64,000 nt of DNA from assembly GCA_018675685.1 (NCBI GenBank), contig JABGXP010000014.1, positions 81,288-145,287 of the forward strand, read 5' to 3'. A model generated the notes under the pieces. That model made no database searches, was not told where the DNA came from, and saw only the letters and a program-made list of their open reading frames with translations. Within the stretch, counting starts at the first letter, position 1. Every line of letters begins with the position of its first letter. The position numbers were made by a program, and so were the translations under genes. Source of the stretch: a bacterium (GTDB lineage: Bacteria > Patescibacteriota > Minisyncoccia > Moranbacterales > DUUL01). Below, in pieces: positions 18,496 to 27,950 of the stretch.

Positions 18496-20169
18496 CTATA
18501 ACCCTAGGAATCCGCCTCTATCAATTAGCTTTGAGCTATGAAGCCTTAGTTGACCATCAACGGATTTCTTGGAGTACAAAAGTTGAGTGTTTTTATCATA
18601 AATAACATCCCTGTTCTCTATTTCGACATCATTCTTTTGAACATTAACAAGCTCGATATGATCACGAGTATCAATCCCCGAAGACTTCACGGTGTCTCCA
18701 ATTGTAAAGAAGATGTTCTCATAATCTTCTATCCATTGAACGTTATAGATTGGAGCAGATGATCTGGTGATCATAAATTTCTCACCCTTTTCCCTGATTG
18801 GTTGGACCTCCCAGTCTCGTAACATAACGTACCAAATTTCATTATCACTCCAATATAAAAGCTTCTTCCCATCATCAGAAAATTGAATATCTTGAATTTC
18901 TCCTGAAAGTTCCTTGATGGAAACTTCACCTTCCTCTTTTTCATAATTAAAAAGAAAGAGTTTTTGATTAGGCGTCATGATTGCAATCCTGTATTGATCA
19001 TAAGTAACCATTTTTACAAAAGAGTCCTTATCTGTAATCGTTAAGATGCTGGCAATTTGTTTCTTAGTTTCAATATCGTTATTTTTGATTTCCCAAATTG
19101 AGTTGTCGACCAAATGGAAATAATAGATTCTGTTACCAGCAAAATCAAAGCCACCAACCTGATTGTCTAGTAAGAGTGCCTGATCTGGTTTTTGAATATC
19201 AACATAAAGAAGCTCGTGGTTTTTTGTTAAAATGACCAACTCATCGTTTTTATTGAACATCCAGCGAACTTGCTTGAACTCTATTTTATCAGAAGCATTT
19301 TCCGTAACATCATCTTTTATTTGTGTGGTTTCTGGGATGATTGTTGCTTGGTTTGTAGAAACTTCTTCGTTTAAACTTGGCACTGTAGAGATTTTTTGAT
19401 CAGCTTTTTTGCTAATTCCTTTTTCCTTTGATGTTTCTGTTTCCAAGCCTTTCTTGATTGTTACCCCATTTTCTTCTTTAAAAAGATCGTTTAGCACAAT
19501 AATGTCTTCTAGATTTTCTTTGTCTACCTTGGCAATTATGAAAATTTTCTCACCGTCAGATGATGAGAAGGGCATAAGAATCCTTTTATTGTCGCTGCTC
19601 CATTCAACATTCTCTTTTTCAGATTGTGGGAGGAAATTGAATTCAGAAGTTTCGTATATTGTTTTCACAGAGTTATCTTCAGTATTCAACAGAGCGACAA
19701 TTCTTAAGTCATCTTTTTCTGAAAAAAGGACAACTTCAGTATTGTTTCTTGGAGAAAGAAAGAATTGTTTTACATTTTCAACGATAAATGTGTTTTCCTC
19801 AAGCCCTGTATTGGGAAGCAGAAGAATATTCCAAAACTCTGTTGAGATTCCGGAGTGGACATTAATTGTTTTACTCCAAGAAGTATAGCCCTCCTTTTTG
19901 CAGGCAATAGTGTGTTTTCCTGGTCTAATACCATTCAATGTATAGGACCCATTAATAACGCTTAATTTACTCTTCTTTTGTTTTTTATTATCAACATAGA
20001 TGTCTATATCTCGAGGAGCACTTTTAATGGTAATAGACCCGCTATATACAAAAATGTTATTTACTGTGTCAAAGCGATATCCTTTTGCAAAGAGTACGAT
20101 TACAGGAGCTGTTAGAAAGAACAGAATGATAAAGAACAATAAATATAATCGTCTTTGGGTAATTGTCAT
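18496..20169 (-). CDS. membrane-anchored PEGA-domain protein with a C-terminal beta-propeller-like region
   Basis: N-terminal TM. A PEGA-like domain (SAPRDIDIYVDNKK ... GSYTLNGIRPGKHTIACKKEGYTSW) followed by repetitive beta-rich sequence. Confidence 0.45.
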   Translation of the reverse strand: MTITQRRLYLLFFIILFFLTAPVIVLFAKGYRFDTVNNIFVYSGSITIKSAPRDIDIYVDNKKQKKSKLSVINGSYTLNGIRPGKHTIACKKEGYTSWSKTINVHSGISTEFWNILLLPNTGLEENTFIVENVKQFFLSPRNNTEVVLFSEKDDLRIVALLNTEDNSVKTIYETSEFNFLPQSEKENVEWSSDNKRILMPFSSSDGEKIFIIAKVDKENLEDIIVLNDLFKEENGVTIKKGLETETSKEKGISKKADQKISTVPSLNEEVSTNQATIIPETTQIKDDVTENASDKIEFKQVRWMFNKNDELVILTKNHELLYVDIQKPDQALLLDNQVGGFDFAGNRIYYFHLVDNSIWEIKNNDIETKKQIASILTITDKDSFVKMVTYDQYRIAIMTPNQKLFLFNYEKEEGEVSIKELSGEIQDIQFSDDGKKLLYWSDNEIWYVMLRDWEVQPIREKGEKFMITRSSAPIYNVQWIEDYENIFFTIGDTVKSSGIDTRDHIELVNVQKNDVEIENRDVIYDKNTQLLYSKKSVDGQLRLHSSKLIDRGGFLGL

Positions 20170-20369
20170 AGATTTAAAAACAAATGATAAGCCAACAGCC
20201 TAGCCGTTCTTGAAGAAGGAAGAAAGGTTGTTGGTTTGTAATAATTAATATAGCACTGCCTTTATAGTATACTTGAAAAAAGATAGATTCTCAAACAGGA
20301 AAAGTATTAAGTTAAATCCTAAACTACCACCTATAATAATCAGCAATAAACTCCAGTAAGTAAAGCTCA

Positions 20370-20840
20370 ATGCATGCAACTTGTCAAGGTTGTAAAGGTT
20401 TTTTATATATGTTAGATTTAAGTGAACAAGAGGGATTCTGGGGGAAGATAATTCTAGAGAAAAAATATATGGAAAACAAAGAAGTGAAAAGTGGTAGCAA
20501 AGAAGCGATTGTGAAGGAGGATAAAAAAACAGAATTGTTGCCAGTTAACGATTCTAAAGAGAGTAAGAATGGCGGTGTCTCTAAATACATTGACATTCGA
20601 ATTGTCATTCTGTTTGTAATAGGAGTTTTGTTTGGTTTTGCTATGAAAACGCAGACAACCAAAACAAACGTAATCGGAGCCAATGACCCACAACTCGAGA
20701 AAACGAGAGGTGATTATTTGTTCACCCAGTTTGAGCGAGAACAGGAACTTTCTGTGGAGGAAGCAGAGTTAATCGAAGCAGAAGCTGATGATTCAGTGAT
20801 AGAAGAAAGCGAAGATGTCTTGATAGATACAGAAGAGTAA
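20370..20840 (+). CDS. hypothetical single-TM protein with an acidic C-terminus
   Basis: One TM helix (IRIVILFVIGVLFGFAM) and an acidic tail. The start may be the internal MENKEV (20462). Confidence 0.3.
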   Translation: MHATCQGCKGFLYMLDLSEQEGFWGKIILEKKYMENKEVKSGSKEAIVKEDKKTELLPVNDSKESKNGGVSKYIDIRIVILFVIGVLFGFAMKTQTTKTNVIGANDPQLEKTRGDYLFTQFEREQELSVEEAELIEAEADDSVIEESEDVLIDTEE

Positions 20841-20901
20841 AGGTAGTTTTAGGAGAAAAAATAAGGAGGATGATAGAATATTCAATAAATAAACAAAGGA
20901 T

Positions 20902-22230
20902 ATGTCAAAGAAAAAAAAGAAAAACGGGGGGCATGCAAAGAAAGAGATAATAGAATCAAACGTAAAAAAAGAAGCAATGAAAAAAGAAGACTCATTAAAG
21001 ACCGAGATGAAAAAAAGGGAAGAAGAAATCAAGGTGAACGCTGTCTCAAAAGAGGAAGTTAAATCAGAAGAAGAAATTGTTGGTCAAACAACACTTTCAG
21101 AATTGGATGAAAAGACAGAAAATCAAAAAACAATAAAAAATCTTGTTTCAGCTGTAATTTTGCTTTCAGGGATTGCAGTCGGTAGTTTTTTCGTTGATAT
21201 CGTCCAGTTTATGAGTGGTGATGGTTTCTCAAAGCGAGCTTTAGACAATTCCGAAGTATTGGTCGCAGGAGATCGAACCTGGGTAGCTTTTAATGAACCA
21301 GCCATTGATGTAAAAGTTTTGACTGTGAGTGAGGAAGAAATGAAGAATTGCAAGAATTGTGACACAAAGGAAGTGCTACTCTGGTTAAGGGATTACATTC
21401 CAACAATGGTAGTAAATAACGTGGATGCAGAATCAGAAGAAGGGAAGGCAATGATTGAAGCATATGAAATTAAATCATTACCAGCATTTTTCTTTTCTGA
21501 GGAAATCGAACAAACAAAGTTTTTCCAAGGTGAAGGTAGAGTTGTTTTCGCAGAAAAGAATGATTCTTTTATGCTAAATGCTGCTGGACTTGGAATCCCA
21601 GTCGGAAAGTATCTACAAACTCCTGAAGTAGGCGAAACAGATGCAATTCTTGGCAACAAAGAAGCGAAGGTGAAAGTGGTTGTTTTCTCTGATTTCCAGT
21701 GTCCATATTGTGGAGAACATTTTAAAAATGCAAAAGAAGCCGTTAAAGGTTTTAGCGAAGAAGAAGTTGCTCTTGTGTATAAAGACCTACCATTAAACTT
21801 TCATTTGCAAGGGAAAAATGCAGCAATGGCCGCAAGATGCAGTCAGGATCAAGAGAAATTTTGGGAAATGGGAGAACTGCTATATAGCTCACAAAAGGAT
21901 TGGCAGGACACTGAAGGAATTGCACAATTCAAAAAATATGCTAGAGAGCTAAAACTTGATACATTTAAATTTAACAAGTGTATGGATGATCGATCTGCAG
22001 AAGCTCTTGTTGATGAGGATTTGGCTCAGGCAAAGGAAATTGGAGTAACTGGAACACCAGCAACATTTGTTGGAACTCAGTTTGCAAGCGGAGTTGTTAC
22101 TGCACTAGAAATTAAAGCAATGATTCAAAATGAGTTGGATGGCGACATTGATGAGATGGACGCTGATATATTAGAAGATGTTTCAAGCGAAATGGAAGAA
22201 GAAACAGAAGAAGAAGTTAAAGTTCAATAA
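20902..22230 (+). CDS. membrane-anchored DsbA-family thiol:disulfide oxidoreductase (CPYC)
   Basis: K-rich N-terminus and a TM helix. Thioredoxin-fold domain with the FSDFQCPYCGEHF active site and DsbA-like helical insertion. Confidence 0.6.
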   Translation: MSKKKKKNGGHAKKEIIESNVKKEAMKKEDSLKTEMKKREEEIKVNAVSKEEVKSEEEIVGQTTLSELDEKTENQKTIKNLVSAVILLSGIAVGSFFVDIVQFMSGDGFSKRALDNSEVLVAGDRTWVAFNEPAIDVKVLTVSEEEMKNCKNCDTKEVLLWLRDYIPTMVVNNVDAESEEGKAMIEAYEIKSLPAFFFSEEIEQTKFFQGEGRVVFAEKNDSFMLNAAGLGIPVGKYLQTPEVGETDAILGNKEAKVKVVVFSDFQCPYCGEHFKNAKEAVKGFSEEEVALVYKDLPLNFHLQGKNAAMAARCSQDQEKFWEMGELLYSSQKDWQDTEGIAQFKKYARELKLDTFKFNKCMDDRSAEALVDEDLAQAKEIGVTGTPATFVGTQFASGVVTALEIKAMIQNELDGDIDEMDADILEDVSSEMEEETEEEVKVQ

Positions 22231-22251
22231 CTATTTATTCCTACGGGAATT

Positions 22252-22818
22252 ATGAAAAATAAAAACAAATACGAGATAATTATCCATGGCCGTGGGGGTC
22301 AGGGTGCTAAGACTACGGCTGAAATTTTGGTGCAAGCTGCTATTTTGAAGGGAAAATTTGTACAGGCTTTTCCAAATTTTGGCCCGGAACGAACAGGTGC
22401 TCCGATGTGTGCATTTGTGAGAATTTCCAATGAGCCAATCAGGACTCGCGAACCAGTCGTTGATCCTGATTGTGTTTTGGTCTTAGATGAAACGATTACC
22501 GATGTGATTGATGTAACAAAAAACGTAACAGATACGGAGGCTTTAATCATAAATTCGACAAAAGAAAAACAAGAATTGGCGAAGAAACTGAAGTTTGAGG
22601 GAAATCTTATCCCCATCGATGCTAGTGGGATGTCCCAAGAGATTATTGGTGAGAATAGACCTAATACAGTAATTATAGGTAGATTTGCTTTTGCTTCTCA
22701 TATTGTTGAACTGGAGGATGTAATAAAAGTTTTCCGCAATAAATATGAAAATAAAATTGGAAAAGAAAAGACTGATAAAAATATAAAAGCAATCGAAAAA
22801 GCTTTTAGGCATCACTAG
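22252..22818 (+). CDS. porG: pyruvate/2-oxoacid:ferredoxin oxidoreductase gamma subunit
   Basis: IIIHGRGGQGAKTTAEIL ... FPNFGPERTGAPMCAFVRIS. Confidence 0.85.
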   Translation: MKNKNKYEIIIHGRGGQGAKTTAEILVQAAILKGKFVQAFPNFGPERTGAPMCAFVRISNEPIRTREPVVDPDCVLVLDETITDVIDVTKNVTDTEALIINSTKEKQELAKKLKFEGNLIPIDASGMSQEIIGENRPNTVIIGRFAFASHIVELEDVIKVFRNKYENKIGKEKTDKNIKAIEKAFRHH

Positions 22819-22843
22819 AGTTAAGTTTTTTAGGTTTACAAAA

Positions 22844-23179
22844 ATGACACAAATAAAACAAACAAAAAGCACCCATTTTAGAAAAATAGCAGCAAAAACA
22901 AAACAGGAGAAGACCCAAATGGGGAAAGAATTAGGTGCTGCAATTGAAAATAAGGCTGAAAAATACCCTTCAATTGGAGAGTGGAAGAGTTCGATCTTCA
23001 CTGTCAAGGAGAAATGTATTGGCTGTGAAATGTGCGTAAAGCATTGTCCGGAGGCTGCTATAACAACAAAGGAAATCGGGGATAAAAAAAGAGCAGAAAT
23101 TGACCAATCTTTCTGTAAGGGTTGCGGGATATGCGAGAATGTTTGTCCAGTTGAAGCGATTGAGGTGAAGAAAATGTAA
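22844..23179 (+). CDS. porD: pyruvate:ferredoxin oxidoreductase delta subunit (2x[4Fe-4S] ferredoxin)
   Basis: Two CxxCxxCxxxCP motifs: CIGCEMCVKHCP and CKGCGICENVCP. Confidence 0.85.
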   Translation: MTQIKQTKSTHFRKIAAKTKQEKTQMGKELGAAIENKAEKYPSIGEWKSSIFTVKEKCIGCEMCVKHCPEAAITTKEIGDKKRAEIDQSFCKGCGICENVCPVEAIEVKKM

Positions 23180-23199
23180 GAGTTAAAAAGAAGGAATAA

Positions 23200-23871
23200 A
23201 TGGAAAAAAAATGTGGCAAGTTCAACTTGGTGATTGACTTTGACAGTACATTCATCAAATTGGAAGCCCTTGATGAACTGGCAAAGATTGCCCTGGAGAA
23301 TGATTCAAGAAAGGAAGAAAAAACTGCAGAGATACAGAAAATCACAAATCGTGGGATGGTAGGAGAAATCTCTTTTCCAGAATCACTACAATCAAGACTT
23401 GATTTGTTCAGTATAAAGAGAGAACATATAGAGAAGTTAATTAAGAAACTAAAAGGGAGTATTTCAGAATCCTTTTTGCGGAATAGAGATTTTTTTCTAA
23501 AAAATAAGGAGCATATATATATAATTTCAGGAGGTTTTCTCGACTATATTTTACCAGTTGCTCAAAATTTTGGAATTTCGAAAGAGCATATTTTAGCAAA
23601 TAGATTTGTTTTCGAAGGGGAGGATGTTATTGGTTTCGATAAGACAAGTTTTTTAGCGCAGGAAAGCGGTAAAGTGAAAGCTGTAAAAAATCTTGGAATT
23701 GGAAAAGTTGTGGTTGTCGGTGATGGATGGACTGATTATGAAATTAAAGAAACAGGTAATGCTGAAAACTTCTTTGCTTTTTCAGAGAATGTGAAGAGAG
23801 TAAAAGTAATAGAAGTTGCAGACGTAGAATGTTTTGACCTCGAACAAGTTATTGAAAAAATAAAGTCGTGA
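23200..23871 (+). CDS. HAD-superfamily hydrolase, phosphoserine-phosphatase (SerB)-like, inserted inside the por operon
   Basis: Motif I DFDST, motif II/III region and motif IV VVVVGDGWTDYE. SerB-like cap helices (SLQSRL). Confidence 0.55.
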   Translation: MEKKCGKFNLVIDFDSTFIKLEALDELAKIALENDSRKEEKTAEIQKITNRGMVGEISFPESLQSRLDLFSIKREHIEKLIKKLKGSISESFLRNRDFFLKNKEHIYIISGGFLDYILPVAQNFGISKEHILANRFVFEGEDVIGFDKTSFLAQESGKVKAVKNLGIGKVVVVGDGWTDYEIKETGNAENFFAFSENVKRVKVIEVADVECFDLEQVIEKIKS

Positions 23872-23903
23872 AAATAGGCTAACACATTTATTGTTATATA
23901 AAG

Positions 23904-25031
23904 ATGAATACAAAAAATAAAAAAATTGCGCTTACTGGCGGTTATGCTGTTGGTGAGGCGATGCGACAAATTAATCCAGACGTTGTTGCAATGTACCCGA
24001 TTACTCCACAAACTCCAATTATTGAATATTTTGCTAAACAAAAAGCAAACGGAAAAGTGAAAACGGAGGTTGTCACTGTTGAGTCAGAGCACAGTGCTAT
24101 GAGTGCTTGTATTGGCTCTTCAGCATCAGGTGCACGAACTTTAACAGCTTCAAGCTCTCAGGGGATCATGTATATGTTTGAAGTTTTGCCAGTCGCTTCT
24201 TCAATGAGATTGCCAATTTTAATGGCAGTTTCAAATCGTGCAATTTCAGGGCCAATCAATATCCATGGTGATCATTCTGATGCCATGGCGATGAGAGATA
24301 CAGGCTGGATTCAAATTTTTGCCGAAAACACTCAGGAGGCATACGACAACACGATTATCGGAATGAAATTGGCAGAAAAAGCTCTTTTGCCTCTTGCGAC
24401 TAACATGGATGGATTTTTTGTTTCACATAGCGTTGAAAACCTAGAACTACTCGAAGACGAAGAAGTAAAAGGATTTATTGGTGAATATTCCCCTAAACAA
24501 AGTTTGTTTGACTTTGACAATCCGAAAACCTTTGGACCTGTTGCTTTGCAGAATTCTTATTTTGAGTTTAGAAAACAAATTCAGGATGCAATGCTGAAAA
24601 CTTCAAAAATGTTTGAAGAGGTGGCAGAAGAGTTTGAAAAAATATCCAAAAGAAAATATGGTTTTGTCGAGGAATATCGAACTGAAGACGCAGGTAAGGT
24701 AATAGTTGCGATGGGGAGTGTTTGCGGAACCATCAAAGAAACAGTTGATCGCCTAAGAGACGAAGGGAAGAACGTTGGGTTGTTGAAAATAAGACTTTTC
24801 AGACCATTTCCTTATAAGCAGGTTGCCAAAGCGCTAAAAGGTGTGCAAGATATTATTGTAATGGATCGAAACTTAGCATTTGGAACGAAGCAGGTTTTAG
24901 CATCTGAGATTGAACATGCAACAGGAAAGAAAGTACAAAGCGTTGTTTATGGGTTGGGAGGAAGAGATGTCTTCGAGAAACAGATTGAAGAGTTGTTCTT
25001 GGAAGAGAAATCCCCAGAATATTTAATGTAA
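23904..25031 (+). CDS. porA: pyruvate:ferredoxin oxidoreductase alpha subunit
   Basis: GGYAVGEAMRQINPDVVAMYPITPQT N-terminal pyrimidine-binding domain, typical of PorA. Confidence 0.85.
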   Translation: MNTKNKKIALTGGYAVGEAMRQINPDVVAMYPITPQTPIIEYFAKQKANGKVKTEVVTVESEHSAMSACIGSSASGARTLTASSSQGIMYMFEVLPVASSMRLPILMAVSNRAISGPINIHGDHSDAMAMRDTGWIQIFAENTQEAYDNTIIGMKLAEKALLPLATNMDGFFVSHSVENLELLEDEEVKGFIGEYSPKQSLFDFDNPKTFGPVALQNSYFEFRKQIQDAMLKTSKMFEEVAEEFEKISKRKYGFVEEYRTEDAGKVIVAMGSVCGTIKETVDRLRDEGKNVGLLKIRLFRPFPYKQVAKALKGVQDIIVMDRNLAFGTKQVLASEIEHATGKKVQSVVYGLGGRDVFEKQIEELFLEEKSPEYLM

Positions 25032-25069
25032 AAAGGCAATAATTTAAAAATAAGTCTTAGATTTGAAAT

Positions 25070-25990
25070 ATGAACAAAACATATAAAAAACAAAAATTTA
25101 CTGCAGCTACGACTTGTGCTGGTTGCCCAATTGGAGTTGTGGCTCGCACCGTTTTAAATGCAACCGATGATCCCATCGTGGTTACTAATGCAACCGGATG
25201 TATGGAGGTAACTTCTACTATATATCCCAATACCTCCTGGAAAGTTCCATATATACATAGCGTTTTTGGTAATGCTGGTGCAACTGCTTCGGGGATTGAA
25301 GCTGCTGTAAAATCTCTCAGTAAACAAGGAAAAGTTGATGAAAAAGTTAAAGTTATTGCTTTTGCTGGCGATGGTGGAACCTATGATATTGGCTTTCAGG
25401 CACTTTCTGGTGCGCTAGAAAGAGGCCATGACTTCTTGTATGTTTGTTATGATAATGGAGCTTATATGAACACAGGGAATCAGAGAAGTGGAGCAACTCC
25501 TTTAGGGGCTAGCACACAAACAACTCCTTTTGGAAAAGAAGCTTTCGGAAAGCAAACCAGAAGAAAAGATATTATGACAATTGTGGCTGGTCACCATGTT
25601 CCGTATGCAGCAACAGCAAATATTGGTTTTCTGGAAGATTTTAAAGCTAAGGTCAAAAAAGCTCTAGCAATTAAAGGCCCAAAATTTATTCTAGTTTTTT
25701 CACCCTGTGTTGCACTTTGGAAGTTTCCACCTGCAAAGACCTTTGAGGTTGCAAAGCTCGGCACAGAGACTAATTTTTGGCCTTTGTATGAGATTGAAAA
25801 TGGGCACTATAAGTTCTCCTATGAACCAAAAAAGCGAAAACCAATTGAAGAATTTTATGGCACCCAGGGAAGGTTCAAACATATCTTCAAAAGAGACGAC
25901 AAAGAAGCTTTATTGCAAAAAATTCAAAAAGAAATTGACGATGATTTTGCAAGAATTAAAGCAACAGTTGAATCACATCAAAAAGTATAA
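25070..25990 (+). CDS. porB: pyruvate:ferredoxin oxidoreductase beta subunit (TPP-binding)
   Basis: CAGCPIG N-terminal cysteine motif and the TPP-binding AFAGDGGTYDIG. Confidence 0.85.
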   Translation: MNKTYKKQKFTAATTCAGCPIGVVARTVLNATDDPIVVTNATGCMEVTSTIYPNTSWKVPYIHSVFGNAGATASGIEAAVKSLSKQGKVDEKVKVIAFAGDGGTYDIGFQALSGALERGHDFLYVCYDNGAYMNTGNQRSGATPLGASTQTTPFGKEAFGKQTRRKDIMTIVAGHHVPYAATANIGFLEDFKAKVKKALAIKGPKFILVFSPCVALWKFPPAKTFEVAKLGTETNFWPLYEIENGHYKFSYEPKKRKPIEEFYGTQGRFKHIFKRDDKEALLQKIQKEIDDDFARIKATVESHQKV

Positions 25991-26060
25991 AATACATTAA
26001 AAAGCAATTAAGCTTTTAATTAATTGTAGAAGCTAAATAACTTTGAACAGGAAATAGTAT

Positions 26061-27200
26061 ATGGGAATTGAAATCATCATCATTGGAGTTTTTATAATCG
26101 CTGGCTTTATTGGCTTAGGTTTTTTTCTTAATGGAAAATTCTCAAACGTTCAAACCCAAGACAAAGGAAAAGAGCTCTTGCTTTTACAGCAACAAATGGG
26201 ACAAGTGATCCAGGTATTGGACCAAAGATTAGCTGAAAATAAACAAGAACTAGATCGAAAACTTTCAGAATCTAATATGATATCCAAAAATCAATCAACT
26301 GAAAATATTCGTGTGATTCAAGATATTTCACGTGATAGTCAAGACCAAGTTGCTAGAATCAACAAGCAATTATTAGGCGTGACACAGCAGATGACAAAAT
26401 TAGATGAAACAAACCGTCAAGTGATGGACTTTTCTTCCCAATTAAAGAATTTACAGGATATTTTAAAAAACCCGAAACAAAGGGGAGTGCTAGGGGAATA
26501 TTTTTTAGAAGAAACTTTGAAAAATGTACTACCTCCGAATAGTTACAAGATGCAATATGGATTTAAGGATGGAGTGATTGTGGATGCCGTTGTTTTTGTT
26601 AAGGAGAAGATTATCCCGATTGATTCGAAGTTTTCCTTAGAAACCTATGAAAAACTCTTAAGTTGCACTGATGCGAAACAAAGAACAATCCTGGAAAAAC
26701 AGTTTAAACAAGATTTGAAGAATCGAATTGACGAAACTTCAAAATATGTTAAACCAAACGAGCAAACGGTGGATTTTGCATTTATGTTCATTCCGTCAGA
26801 AGCGATTTATTACGACCTTCTTGTAAATAAAGTTGGTTCCGCGCAAGTTTCTTCACGAGATTTAATTGAGTATGCATTTAAAGACAAGCATGTGATTATT
26901 GTTTCACCTACATCATTTTTAGCCTATCTACAAACAGTTTTACAGGGATTGAGAGCCTTGGAAATTGAAGAATCAGCAAAAGAAATCCAAAAAAATGTTG
27001 AAAAACTCGGAAAACATCTCAGCCAATATTCTATATATCATGATAAACTTGGAAATACCTTAAAGACAACAGTTAATCATTTCAATAACTCCAGTAAAGA
27101 ATTCAATAAGGTTGATAAGGATATCATGAAAGTTACAAACACGAAAAAAAAGTTGGATTTAGAGGGGGAGGAAGTTGAATCTCCGAAGCTAGAGGCCTGA
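26061..27200 (+). CDS. rmuC: DNA recombination protein RmuC
   Basis: N-terminal TM, a long coiled coil and a C-terminal RmuC domain (IPIDSKFSLETYEKL ... FAFMFIPSEAIYYDLL), matching E. coli RmuC IDAKFPLEAYERL. Confidence 0.7.
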   Translation: MGIEIIIIGVFIIAGFIGLGFFLNGKFSNVQTQDKGKELLLLQQQMGQVIQVLDQRLAENKQELDRKLSESNMISKNQSTENIRVIQDISRDSQDQVARINKQLLGVTQQMTKLDETNRQVMDFSSQLKNLQDILKNPKQRGVLGEYFLEETLKNVLPPNSYKMQYGFKDGVIVDAVVFVKEKIIPIDSKFSLETYEKLLSCTDAKQRTILEKQFKQDLKNRIDETSKYVKPNEQTVDFAFMFIPSEAIYYDLLVNKVGSAQVSSRDLIEYAFKDKHVIIVSPTSFLAYLQTVLQGLRALEIEESAKEIQKNVEKLGKHLSQYSIYHDKLGNTLKTTVNHFNNSSKEFNKVDKDIMKVTNTKKKLDLEGEEVESPKLEA

Positions 27201-27221
27201 AAATCGAAATAATTTGCAATG

Positions 27222-27262
27222 AAAAGACGAGTCGGAGGAATTTCTCCTGACTCGTCTTTTGG
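27222..27262. terminator. strong bidirectional rho-independent terminator
   Basis: aaaagacgagtcggagga-atttc-tcctgactcgtctttt: a stem of about 15 bp flanked by A- and T-runs. Confidence 0.7.
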
Positions 27263-27281
27263 TTATACCAAGATTCACAAT

Positions 27282-27734
27282 CTACCATCTCCATTGATTA
27301 CTTTGATGAAAGAGCGCTTTTAAATTCTGAGCACTTAACTTAAAGGCTTCTTCTATCTCATCAACACTCTTGTTGTATTGAAGAAGTTTCTTGGAGAACG
27401 CCGGATCCCCATTGATTGGTTTTGATAGAAAGGTTTTAGGCTCATAAACATGGCCCCGAATTTCAAGGGATAAACAACTACAGTAGAGTGCCTTTATTAG
27501 ATTACTACTCTCTTTTGTACTCTCGCTTTCTTCCCCTCCTCCTTTTTTGCATGGCTCAATTTTTGCTATGCAAACAGGAAAGAGAATCAATATCTCATGA
27601 AATATATCCTTGCCAACTGCAGCTTCTAGGGCATCCTTTCCGAGAAGATTTGTTTTGGGATGATAAAGATACATCTTACTACATTCTATTTCGATAGAAT
27701 TAACTTGGATTGTTCCTGTGGAAAGTTCTGTCAT
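27282..27734 (-). CDS. hypothetical protein
   Basis: A 150-aa ORF with coding-like composition and no recognisable motif. Confidence 0.3.
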   Translation of the reverse strand: MTELSTGTIQVNSIEIECSKMYLYHPKTNLLGKDALEAAVGKDIFHEILILFPVCIAKIEPCKKGGGEESESTKESSNLIKALYCSCLSLEIRGHVYEPKTFLSKPINGDPAFSKKLLQYNKSVDEIEEAFKLSAQNLKALFHQSNQWRW

Positions 27735-27950
27735 GACGTATCTCCTAAAGGGTTTTTTGCTGTAATTAAGAAAGTTTCAAAGAACTAGTTAACAAAAAAT
27801 GGTATATTGAAAAACACATTTGTAACGATTAATATAGCACGCTTTATTTTTTTGTAAATGGCAACTTGCTGTATTTTATCTAAAAACATACCTATAAAAC
27901 AAAAAACAACCCAATAATAAAAAGAGTTGTACTTGGTTTTAGCTGTTTTT

